Source: Lachnospiraceae bacterium
GTDB lineage: Bacteria > Bacillota > Clostridia > Lachnospirales > Lachnospiraceae
Length of the DNA: 32,000 bases
Direction of reading: 5' to 3'
NCBI GenBank assembly: GCA_017511185.1
Contig: JAFWLF010000093.1
Span: forward strand, 737-32,736
Positions 10,182 to 17,249 of this stretch are shown here, piece by piece; positions within the stretch are counted from its first letter, which is position 1, and each line of letters starts with the position of its first letter. The translations under genes were made by a program, and so were the position numbers. The notes below the pieces were generated by a model that saw nothing but the letters and a program-made list of their open reading frames with translations, was not told where the DNA came from and did no database searches.

Positions 10182-10976
10182 ATGCAGGAAACATCACAGC
10201 TCTATAAAGATATTCTGGCCAATCCACGGCACTGGTATGAAGTCTCCGTCACAATCGGAGAATCTGGCAGACTGATCACGGAAAAGAAAGAGCTGATCCT
10301 TTTCGGCGGTACCGCGATCCTTGTCGCAACCAGTGCAGCTGACGGCGGTTATCGTGAAGCGCAGCTGGTCGGATGCAAAACCTATCAGCAGGTGTTTTCA
10401 GACACTCCGACAATCGGAAACGCAATTGCCAGCGAGATTGACGTGCAGCTGATCAGGCCAATGGGAGAAATCCCGCGGCGGGCAATGGTCAAGCCATATG
10501 TCAGGATTACTGATGGGATTAATGTGTCTGAATGGATCCAGAAGGGTGTTTATTTCATTGACACCAGAGATCACACAGCATCAGCTGAAGGCCTTGAAAT
10601 CATGTCCATCCACGGGTATGACGCCATGCTGATGACGGAAATGGACTATCCGTCTGACAACCAGCACGATTATCCGCTTCTGGACATCACAATGGTCGAG
10701 CATATTGCTGACGCTATTGGTGTGTCGGTGGATGCCAGGACACGGGCAATCATGACAGAGGGATACAGATTCCCGCTTCCTGCGGGTTACTCATCCAGGG
10801 AAGTGCTTGGCATGATTGCAGCGTCTTATGGCGGGAATTTTGTCATGTCAGACGTTGGTGAGCTGCGGCTCGTGATGCTGAACGAGCTGCCTCCGGAAAC
10901 CGGCCTTCTGCTGGATCACGCCGGCAACCGTATTGTGTTCGGCGGAGACAGGATCAACATCTGGAAGACAGCATAA
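10182..10976 (+). CDS. Tail tip component, possibly Dit/Tal-like
   Basis: 264 aa in the tail-tip position. No motif recognised. Confidence 0.4.
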   Translation: MQETSQLYKDILANPRHWYEVSVTIGESGRLITEKKELILFGGTAILVATSAADGGYREAQLVGCKTYQQVFSDTPTIGNAIASEIDVQLIRPMGEIPRRAMVKPYVRITDGINVSEWIQKGVYFIDTRDHTASAEGLEIMSIHGYDAMLMTEMDYPSDNQHDYPLLDITMVEHIADAIGVSVDARTRAIMTEGYRFPLPAGYSSREVLGMIAASYGGNFVMSDVGELRLVMLNELPPETGLLLDHAGNRIVFGGDRINIWKTA

Positions 10977-10991
10977 CGAGGGGGTGGATGA

Positions 10992-12740
10992 TTGTCTGAT
11001 GCAGTAAATATCATGCGAAGAGCGGCGTCGGTCGAGAAAGCGCCGCTTTTTGAACCCTACAGTAAAGTTATCATTCATGTCGGGTTGAGCGACTCCGGCG
11101 ACACGGAAATCACATACGAGGCCGGAAATGATTCCGGGCGCACACTGGAGATCAACAACGAATGGGGCACCCAGATGATGGCAGATACCATTCTGGCAAA
11201 AATCAGGGGATATCAGTATCAGCCTCTTTTTGCAAGCGGCGCGCTGGTAGATCCTTCGGTTGAACTGGGCGATGGAATTACCGTCAACGGGATTTATTCC
11301 GGGATCTTCGTGCAGGCAACTACTTTCAACAGCCAGATGGCTTCTGATGTATCAGCTCCTGTCGATGAGGAAATTGAGCACGAATATGGTTTCGAAAGCA
11401 AGACCGACCGCGCATACACCAGGATGGTCGCTCAGACACGTTCCGGAATCAGCCTGAGCGCAGAAGAAATAGCGGCAGAGGTTGCAAGAGCGACAGACGC
11501 TGAGGGTGAACTGAGCGGCAGAATAACAGTAAATGCTGAAAATATTACTGCAGAGGTCACAAGAGCAACAGGTGCTGAAAGTACGTTGAGCGGCCGGATA
11601 ACAGTAAATGCTGAAAATATTACTGCAGAGGTCACAAGAGCAACAGGTGCTGAAAGTACGTTGAGCGGCCGGATAACAGTAAATGCCGAAAATATCACCG
11701 CAGAGGTCACAAGAGCGACAGACGCCGAGGGAACGCTTAGAAGTTCAATCTCACAAAATGCCGATGATATCACCGCAGAAGTCTCCAGAGCAACGAATGC
11801 TGAAGGAACAAAATTAAATCATACTTATTCCAGTTCTTCTTTCGGCTGGCAGCTGACATCTACAGCGTTTATATTAAAGGCAAACAACAAACAGGTATTC
11901 AAAGCAGATAAAAACGGTATAACAGTCACCGGAAGCGGAGAGTTTTCTGGCAAAATCACTGCAACAAGCGGATATATTGGAAACGGCTCAAGCGGATTTA
12001 CAATTTCAAATACGGCAATCTATAACGGAATGCAATCCCTTAGAGATACATCTAATAATGGTGTATATGTTGGGACTGATGGTATTGCCATCGGAAAAGG
12101 TGCTTTTAAAGTAACTTATACCGGCGCAGTTACAGCAACAAATCTGTCAATCACAGGCGGATCCATAGAAATCGGAAATAATTTTTCTGTAGATTTATAC
12201 GGAAATCTTAGCGCTAATAATGCTACGTTTAAAGGAACTGTATACTTCCAAAATGGTCAGTCAATAAGCAGCCTGTCATCAGCAAACCTTTATACAGGTG
12301 CATATCAGGCGAGTTCAAACTATGGGTCCTGGAACGGGACAACGTCAACAGTTAACACGAATGGACAAAACTGGACAAATGCTTATGACTCCGCGTGCGT
12401 GGAGGGAGGATATTCTTATGATGGTGCATCATATGGATATACTTCCCATAGTATCTTTGAGCATCCGGACGGTGAAGCATACTGCACATATCTGTATACA
12501 TATTACCTCAAGGCAACAGAAGGCATTAACTTTAGTGATGCATCGTTGGCACTGGGTGATTTATATTTAAAATATGGCAATAGTAACTATCATGCTCAAT
12601 GGGTGGAAACGTCAGGAAGTATTAATTATTCCACGACATACAAAGTTGCAGATATAAATGGAAATGAGCATTGGACTGGTGAATTTTCGAATCCTCCGGT
12701 ATCCGTTTCGCCTGGGTGGGTAGTAGGATTGAGATCTTAA
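10992..12740 (+). CDS. Tail fibre / tail-associated protein with 25-aa tandem repeats
   Basis: TTG start after GAGGGGGTGG. 582 aa. The central repeat is AEVTRATGAESTLSGRITVNAENIT. The C-terminus is Gly/Ser/Thr/Asn-rich and fibre-like. Confidence 0.7.
   Translation: MSDAVNIMRRAASVEKAPLFEPYSKVIIHVGLSDSGDTEITYEAGNDSGRTLEINNEWGTQMMADTILAKIRGYQYQPLFASGALVDPSVELGDGITVNGIYSGIFVQATTFNSQMASDVSAPVDEEIEHEYGFESKTDRAYTRMVAQTRSGISLSAEEIAAEVARATDAEGELSGRITVNAENITAEVTRATGAESTLSGRITVNAENITAEVTRATGAESTLSGRITVNAENITAEVTRATDAEGTLRSSISQNADDITAEVSRATNAEGTKLNHTYSSSSFGWQLTSTAFILKANNKQVFKADKNGITVTGSGEFSGKITATSGYIGNGSSGFTISNTAIYNGMQSLRDTSNNGVYVGTDGIAIGKGAFKVTYTGAVTATNLSITGGSIEIGNNFSVDLYGNLSANNATFKGTVYFQNGQSISSLSSANLYTGAYQASSNYGSWNGTTSTVNTNGQNWTNAYDSACVEGGYSYDGASYGYTSHSIFEHPDGEAYCTYLYTYYLKATEGINFSDASLALGDLYLKYGNSNYHAQWVETSGSINYSTTYKVADINGNEHWTGEFSNPPVSVSPGWVVGLRS
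11475..11807 (+). repeat. About 4.4 in-frame tandem copies of a 75-bp (25-aa) unit
   Basis: Units begin at 11475, 11550, 11625, 11700 and 11775 (partial). Units 2 and 3 encode identical peptides and differ at three synonymous positions. Confidence 0.9.
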
Positions 12741-12765
12741 TATGATTTAATGCGGAGATAATACT

Positions 12766-13071
12766 ATGATACGAATTAATAATATCGAGTATAGTGGTAA
12801 CCTTGTCCCCACACGGGAGGAAAACAAACTGGACGTCATGCTTTACGTTGCGACCACTATTACAGACCTGTCAATTGCAATGAATGACGTCTCGGAGGTC
12901 ATCGACATAGACGCATCTGGCGCTGAAACAGTATACAAAGTGCAGTCAGCTGTTTCAATCAAAAAATTTAATGATTCTGTCTATATGGTCGAGTTCAGTA
13001 CAAAGAAATCAGTGTTGAAAGATATTAATGATACAATTGATGAAATACTTTTGATGTTGTTGGAGGAATGA
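12766..13071 (+). CDS. Hypothetical protein in the XkdW-like position
   Basis: 101 aa, directly upstream of an XkdX-family ORF. Confidence 0.45.
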   Translation: MIRINNIEYSGNLVPTREENKLDVMLYVATTITDLSIAMNDVSEVIDIDASGAETVYKVQSAVSIKKFNDSVYMVEFSTKKSVLKDINDTIDEILLMLLEE

Positions 13072-13072
13072 T

Positions 13073-13204
13073 ATGTACGAACGGTTAAAAAGGCTATATT
13101 CGGAAGGGGTGTTATCTATTCAGGGATTGCGGAATGCGGTTGAGAAAAAATTGATAACAGAAGAGCAGTTTACCGAAATAACTGGCCAACCATTTAAGGA
13201 GTAA
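13073..13204 (+). CDS. xkdX: XkdX-family small phage protein (43 aa, absent from the ORF track)
   Basis: Translates as MYERLKRLYSEGVLSIQGLRNAVEKKLITEEQFTEITGQPFKE. The ...ITEEQF.EITG ending is the XkdX signature. The ATG follows GGAGGAATGAT. Confidence 0.7.
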   Translation: MYERLKRLYSEGVLSIQGLRNAVEKKLITEEQFTEITGQPFKE

Positions 13205-13206
13205 TT

Positions 13207-13419
13207 ATGGAAGATGATATTATTATCGTAAATAAGGCTGCAATTTTGGCTTTAATTAATTCTGTACAACAGTTTTGCAACATTACGGAGATCAAAGGCT
13301 TTGACAGCATCAATATCATTCTTGGCATTGAGATGGGCCTGGAAGGGATTCTGAAATCCAATGCTGCGGCAAGTAAGCCGAAAGAAGTGGTAGATCTCAC
13401 GGGAAATGCAACGAAATAA
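13207..13419 (+). CDS. Hypothetical small protein
   Basis: AAGGAG RBS, ATG at 13207, 70 aa. Confidence 0.5.
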   Translation: MEDDIIIVNKAAILALINSVQQFCNITEIKGFDSINIILGIEMGLEGILKSNAAASKPKEVVDLTGNATK

Positions 13420-13520
13420 TTTTTTCGACTTCTTATAAAGGAGCGTGATGACTTCTGGCAGATAAAGCAATATCTGAGCTGACCGCGGCGTCACAGGTTG
13501 GCTCACAGGACCTGTTTGTA

Positions 13521-15377
13521 TTGGAACAGGGTAACGTAGCAAAAAAACTGACCGGTCAGATCCTGGAGAACTGGCTGCTCACATTGGCAGACGGGCACGG
13601 CGGGATCCAGACGATCATAAAGACGGGAACGAGCGGGCTGGTAGACACATACACTATCACGTTCGCTGACGAAACCACCAGCACATTTACTGTTACAAAC
13701 GGGCGCAGCATCAGCGGCCTGACGACCAGCAAGTCCGGCAAGGTAACAACGATCACAATTTCTTACAATGATGGTACAACATCATCATTTACTGTCAGAG
13801 ACGGTGAGAATGTGTCAAGCATTACCGAATACTGGGCAGTAAGCACGTCAGGCAGCCAGCAGCCGCAGTCTGGATGGCAGACAACGCCGCCAACGCTGAC
13901 GGCAACGTATAAGTATCTGTGGCATTATTCAAAGTACACTTTCACTGACGGAACAAACACGTCAACGACTCCGGCGGTGCAGGGTGTTTATGGTGATAAG
14001 GGCGACACGGGTAATACAGGAACGTCTATCACAAGCGTTACAAAGACGGGCACGAGCGGGCTGGTGGACACTTACACAATCACCTTTAGCAACGGCACAA
14101 CAACCACTTTCAATGTGACGAACGGCAGCGAGATTGAAAGCATTGAAAAGACAAGCACGGCCGGCCTGTTGGATACTTACACCGTTACCATGGGAAGCGG
14201 CGATACTCACACATTTACTGTTACGAATGGACGCAGCATCGTTTCCTTCACACAGACATCCGGAACCCATGCAGCCGGGACAATTGATGTATATACCATG
14301 ACATACAACGATGGAGATACATCGCAGATCCAGGTCTACAACGGTGCGAACGGAACAGGTGCTGTCTCTACTGTTGCTGGTATTGGGGTTTCAAGTGCTG
14401 ATGGCGATGTCCCTCTGATCATAAAGGGATACGGTGCACCGACAACTGCAACTGTTGGCCAGGTGAACCAGCTGTACTTTGATATGACCGGCGGCATCAT
14501 GTATATCTGCATCTCTGTCACAGGAGGCACTTATGACTGGCGTGGAATGAGCAGCGCTGTTGACAGCGCGATGTCTACAACGTCTGCAAATCCGCTGCGG
14601 AACAGTGTAATATCAAACAAGGTCGGCACCGGTAGCCTCTCCTCTGATTTCACAGCGACCAATCTGACGGATGCTGCGAATGAACTCATGACGGAGGTGG
14701 GCGGCAAAGCACCGACATCACACGCTTCATCTGCGACAACCTACGGCAAGGGTACAAGCACGAACTACGGTCATGTAAAAATCAGTGATTCGCTCACAGA
14801 CACGACACCAGCAGCGACCGGTGGAATAGTTCCGAGCATGAAAGCAGTTAGTGATTTAAATGGTGCAATAAACTCCAACGAGTCTGCGATGGCAATCGTA
14901 GCAAACGGTGACACGCATCCTGCAATTGCATTAAATCAGATGGTTTATATTAAAAACCACAGCACTCTTGCGGAGGGATTGTACAGAGCAACTGCTGCTA
15001 TTCCGCTGAACAATGCGTTATCAGGCAGCGTTACACCTTTATCTGGTGGTGGTTTAAACAATTTAAATGCCTCCAATATGGACGCAGGGATAAGCTCTTT
15101 TACACAAGCATTAGCAAACACATATTTGGGAATATATAGGCGTGATATCACTGACTTAGAAACATTTGATGCTTCAATAGATGCTGGTACAGTTTCATTT
15201 GTTCGCAACAGAACGGGGTATCCTACGTCTGCTTACAACTATTCTCCCGGTATTTACTTTAAACCAACAACGACAGAAAGTTTGTGGGTAATGTTTGGCA
15301 GAAATACAAATGATATAGTGCTTAAAGTCAAAAACAACACATGGGAAAGCGGTTGGCATTACATCAGTTCGACTTAA
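13521..15377 (+). CDS. Tail fibre / receptor-binding-like protein with repeated beta-rich modules; true 5' end unresolved
   Basis: The frame is open from 13452 and encodes ADKAISELTAASQVGSQDLFVLEQ before the first canonical start (TTG 13521, no RBS). The RBS and ATG at 13448 are in another frame. Repeats follow the pattern KTGTSGLVDTYTITF...TFTVTNG. Confidence 0.7.
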   Translation: MEQGNVAKKLTGQILENWLLTLADGHGGIQTIIKTGTSGLVDTYTITFADETTSTFTVTNGRSISGLTTSKSGKVTTITISYNDGTTSSFTVRDGENVSSITEYWAVSTSGSQQPQSGWQTTPPTLTATYKYLWHYSKYTFTDGTNTSTTPAVQGVYGDKGDTGNTGTSITSVTKTGTSGLVDTYTITFSNGTTTTFNVTNGSEIESIEKTSTAGLLDTYTVTMGSGDTHTFTVTNGRSIVSFTQTSGTHAAGTIDVYTMTYNDGDTSQIQVYNGANGTGAVSTVAGIGVSSADGDVPLIIKGYGAPTTATVGQVNQLYFDMTGGIMYICISVTGGTYDWRGMSSAVDSAMSTTSANPLRNSVISNKVGTGSLSSDFTATNLTDAANELMTEVGGKAPTSHASSATTYGKGTSTNYGHVKISDSLTDTTPAATGGIVPSMKAVSDLNGAINSNESAMAIVANGDTHPAIALNQMVYIKNHSTLAEGLYRATAAIPLNNALSGSVTPLSGGGLNNLNASNMDAGISSFTQALANTYLGIYRRDITDLETFDASIDAGTVSFVRNRTGYPTSAYNYSPGIYFKPTTTESLWVMFGRNTNDIVLKVKNNTWESGWHYISST

Positions 15378-15393
15378 ATTTGGGGGTTAAATT

Positions 15394-15621
15394 ATGGAAA
15401 ACAAATTTTTTCTTCACGAAATCAAACGCACAGGCGAAACTATCAACAAGGGCATTGTGGTAGCAGATACCTACGATGCCGCTAAACAAGGCTATCATGC
15501 CTACTTAGGAGCCTATGCCTATGGCCATGAAGCTAATACGGACTTCGTAAGCTGCATGATTACCGACATGAGCGGAATGGTTCTTCTCTCTGAAACGTGG
15601 CTTGCCACAGCACAGGCGTAA
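15394..15621 (+). CDS. Hypothetical small protein
   Basis: 75 aa, preceded by a GGGGG-containing RBS. Last ORF of the tail block. Confidence 0.5.
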   Translation: MENKFFLHEIKRTGETINKGIVVADTYDAAKQGYHAYLGAYAYGHEANTDFVSCMITDMSGMVLLSETWLATAQA

Positions 15622-15908
15622 GTAATTTAAAGTAACCATTTAACGCACAATCCTATCTCGTGATTATCTCGTGATTTTCACATGATTTTCACGAGATAGA
15701 ATTTAACTTGCTTGTAACTTGCAAGCAACTTGCAACCGACATCAATGTCGGTCACAAAGAAGGTGATGCGGAATGTTCCACGACAATTGCGTTGCTGAAA
15801 TTGGTGGAAGCCCGTATATGTAGCAAACGGCACTGCCGCCCGAAGTCCTGCGTGCCACGCAGGGGGATTGTAGGACGGCACTGCCGATTTTTTAAGAGGA
15901 GGTGACTA
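15622..15908 (+). promoter_or_regulatory. Repeat-rich and hairpin-rich non-coding region upstream of the lysis cassette
   Basis: TATCTCGTGA at 15654 and 15665, with the inverted copy TCACGAGATA at 15689. AACTTGC occurs three times at an 11-nt period (15705, 15716, 15727). Hairpins at 15735-15752 and 15847-15863. ACGGCACTGCCG at 15827 and 15875, the second followed by TTTTTT. Confidence 0.6.
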
Positions 15909-16559
15909 ATGAGCAAGCAGACAATCTGGAACCAATTAAAAGCCAGAGGATTCAGTGACATCGCTGCAGCTGCCATCATGGGGAATCTGGAAGCGGAGAG
16001 CAACTGCATCAGCTTCCGGATTCAGGGAGATTTCACAAAAGGCTACCAGCGCTCTGTACAATACACGGCCCAGGTAGATGCCGGGAATATTGACCGACAT
16101 GAATTCATTCACAGCGGACCCGGAGGCGGAGGCTACGGCCTCGCACAGTGGACGCTGCAGTCTCGGAAAGCAGGGCTGTATAATCTGGCCAAAAAGATGG
16201 GAACATCGGTCGGAGACGAAGCCATGCAGATCGAATGGCTATATCAGGAGCTGCAGCTGAGCGAATACAGAACGGTGCGTGAAATTTTGGAGAAGTCACC
16301 TTCTATTCGGGAATGCTCCGACGTGATCGTGAAAATCTACGAGCGGCCGGCGGATCAGAGCGAGGCAGTTCTCAGGCAGCGTGCTGAATTCGGGCGGGCA
16401 ATGTACCAGGAGTTTTCCAAAGGTGAGGCCGAGGATCCAGAAGGGATCCCGGACGACAAAACAATCAAAATCACAGAAGAAGATCTCAAGACTTACACGA
16501 AAGCTGTGCTGATCGTGAAAACACTGAAAGATCTGTTATCTCTGCTTCAGGAGGCCTGA
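15909..16559 (+). CDS. Putative endolysin (phage lysozyme-type peptidoglycan hydrolase, GNLxxES motif)
   Basis: IMGNLEAESN ... GYGLAQWT matches the phage tail lysozyme-type domain. RBS is AGAGGAGG. It lies next to the holin genes. Confidence 0.65.
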   Translation: MSKQTIWNQLKARGFSDIAAAAIMGNLEAESNCISFRIQGDFTKGYQRSVQYTAQVDAGNIDRHEFIHSGPGGGGYGLAQWTLQSRKAGLYNLAKKMGTSVGDEAMQIEWLYQELQLSEYRTVREILEKSPSIRECSDVIVKIYERPADQSEAVLRQRAEFGRAMYQEFSKGEAEDPEGIPDDKTIKITEEDLKTYTKAVLIVKTLKDLLSLLQEA

Positions 16560-16712
16560 ATGAACAAGTGTAAGAAATGCGGAGATCCGGCACCGGAAGG
16601 CCGGGAGCTCTGCTGGTGCTGTCAACACACGAAGCTGCACCCTGATGATCCAAAGCCGGCATCGAAGAAGTGCAGCGGAGACGGCTGCGAAATTGTCAGC
16701 AGAAAGGAGTAA
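16560..16712 (+). CDS. Cys-rich 50-aa protein (CxxC...CWCC...C, zinc-ribbon-like), absent from the ORF track
   Basis: The ATG overlaps the lysin stop (TGAATG). It fills the whole gap up to the next gene. Confidence 0.45.
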   Translation: MNKCKKCGDPAPEGRELCWCCQHTKLHPDDPKPASKKCSGDGCEIVSRKE

Positions 16713-16715
16713 TCC

Positions 16716-16961
16716 ATGAACCCAACAGTACAGGCTGCTCTGATAGCGGCGGCAGCAAGCATTATCGTGAATCTGCTGAACAACTGGCAACAGTCAAAAA
16801 AAAGAGCAGTGGAAACCGCAAAGAAGGACACAGAACTATCTATGCAGCTCAAGAACATTGAGAAGAAATTGGACGAGCATAATGGATATGCCGAGAAGAT
16901 TGGCAGCATCCAGCAGGACATCTCGTACATCAGAGGGAAATTAGACGGGGGAGGAGCATAA
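16716..16961 (+). CDS. Membrane-anchored coiled-coil protein (BhlA/UviB-like holin-type architecture)
   Basis: One N-terminal TM helix (AALIAAAASIIVNLL) followed by a charged helical region. Located in the lysis cassette. Confidence 0.5.
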   Translation: MNPTVQAALIAAAASIIVNLLNNWQQSKKRAVETAKKDTELSMQLKNIEKKLDEHNGYAEKIGSIQQDISYIRGKLDGGGA

Positions 16962-16964
16962 TAA

Positions 16965-17174
16965 ATGAAACTGCCAAACAGAGTATATGACGTTTTGAAA
17001 TGGGTGGTTATGATATGCCTGCCAGCGATCACGACGGCATACGTTGGCCTGGCGGCAATCTGGGGTTGGCCGTATGCTACGGAAGTGGCAAAAACCAGCG
17101 CAGTCGTGTGCACGCTCCTGGGCGCTTTGCTGGGGATCAGCACGGCGGAATATAACAAAGATAATTACCAATAA
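16965..17174 (+). CDS. Holin (phi LC3 / Dp-1 holin family)
   Basis: MKLPNRVYDVLKWVVMICLPAITTAY...LLGALLGIS is the typical pattern of this holin family. 69 aa with 2 TM helices. Confidence 0.75.
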   Translation: MKLPNRVYDVLKWVVMICLPAITTAYVGLAAIWGWPYATEVAKTSAVVCTLLGALLGISTAEYNKDNYQ

Positions 17175-17180
17175 AAAGAG

Positions 17181-17205
17181 CCCTCTGTGGAAAAAAACAG
17201 AGGGC
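17181..17205. terminator. GC-rich hairpin terminator between the convergent lysis and integrase genes
   Basis: CCCTCTGT / ACAGAGGG stem with a GGAAAAAAA loop. A T-run follows on the minus strand (CTCTTTTT). The plus-strand T-tract is poor. Confidence 0.6.
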
Positions 17206-17214
17206 AAATGATCA

Positions 17215-17246
17215 TATTTTACATTTCCGGATGGTAATGTAAAATA
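17215..17246. other. Candidate attP core: perfect 11-bp inverted repeat around a 10-bp spacer
   Basis: TATTTTACATT-tccggatggt-AATGTAAAATA. It lies 3 nt beyond the integrase stop codon, inside the only non-coding gap between the lysis and integrase genes. Confidence 0.4.
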
Positions 17247-17249
17247 AGA

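Noticed and set aside
13521-15377. Diversity-generating retroelement targeting the fibre gene
   Set aside because: No reverse transcriptase gene is present. No template/variable repeat pair with adenine-specific differences was found anywhere in the window. The internal repeats are in-frame protein modules.
15708-15905. 65-aa ORF inside the structured intergenic region
   Set aside because: It has no RBS and an odd Cys/Arg-rich composition. The sequence is better explained by the overlapping repeats and hairpins.
15622-15908. tRNA or other known RNA gene in the long intergenic regions, including 31416-31651
   Set aside because: I could not fold a cloverleaf with a GTTCRANNC-type T-loop and an acceptor stem in either region. 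This needs tRNAscan or Rfam to exclude formally.
17216-17245. The AT-rich inverted repeat as a simple intrinsic terminator for int
   Set aside because: This is not fully rejected. However, the stem is almost all A-T and has no following U-run on the minus strand, and a much better GC hairpin with a U-run lies 10 nt further on. A recombination-site role therefore seems more likely.
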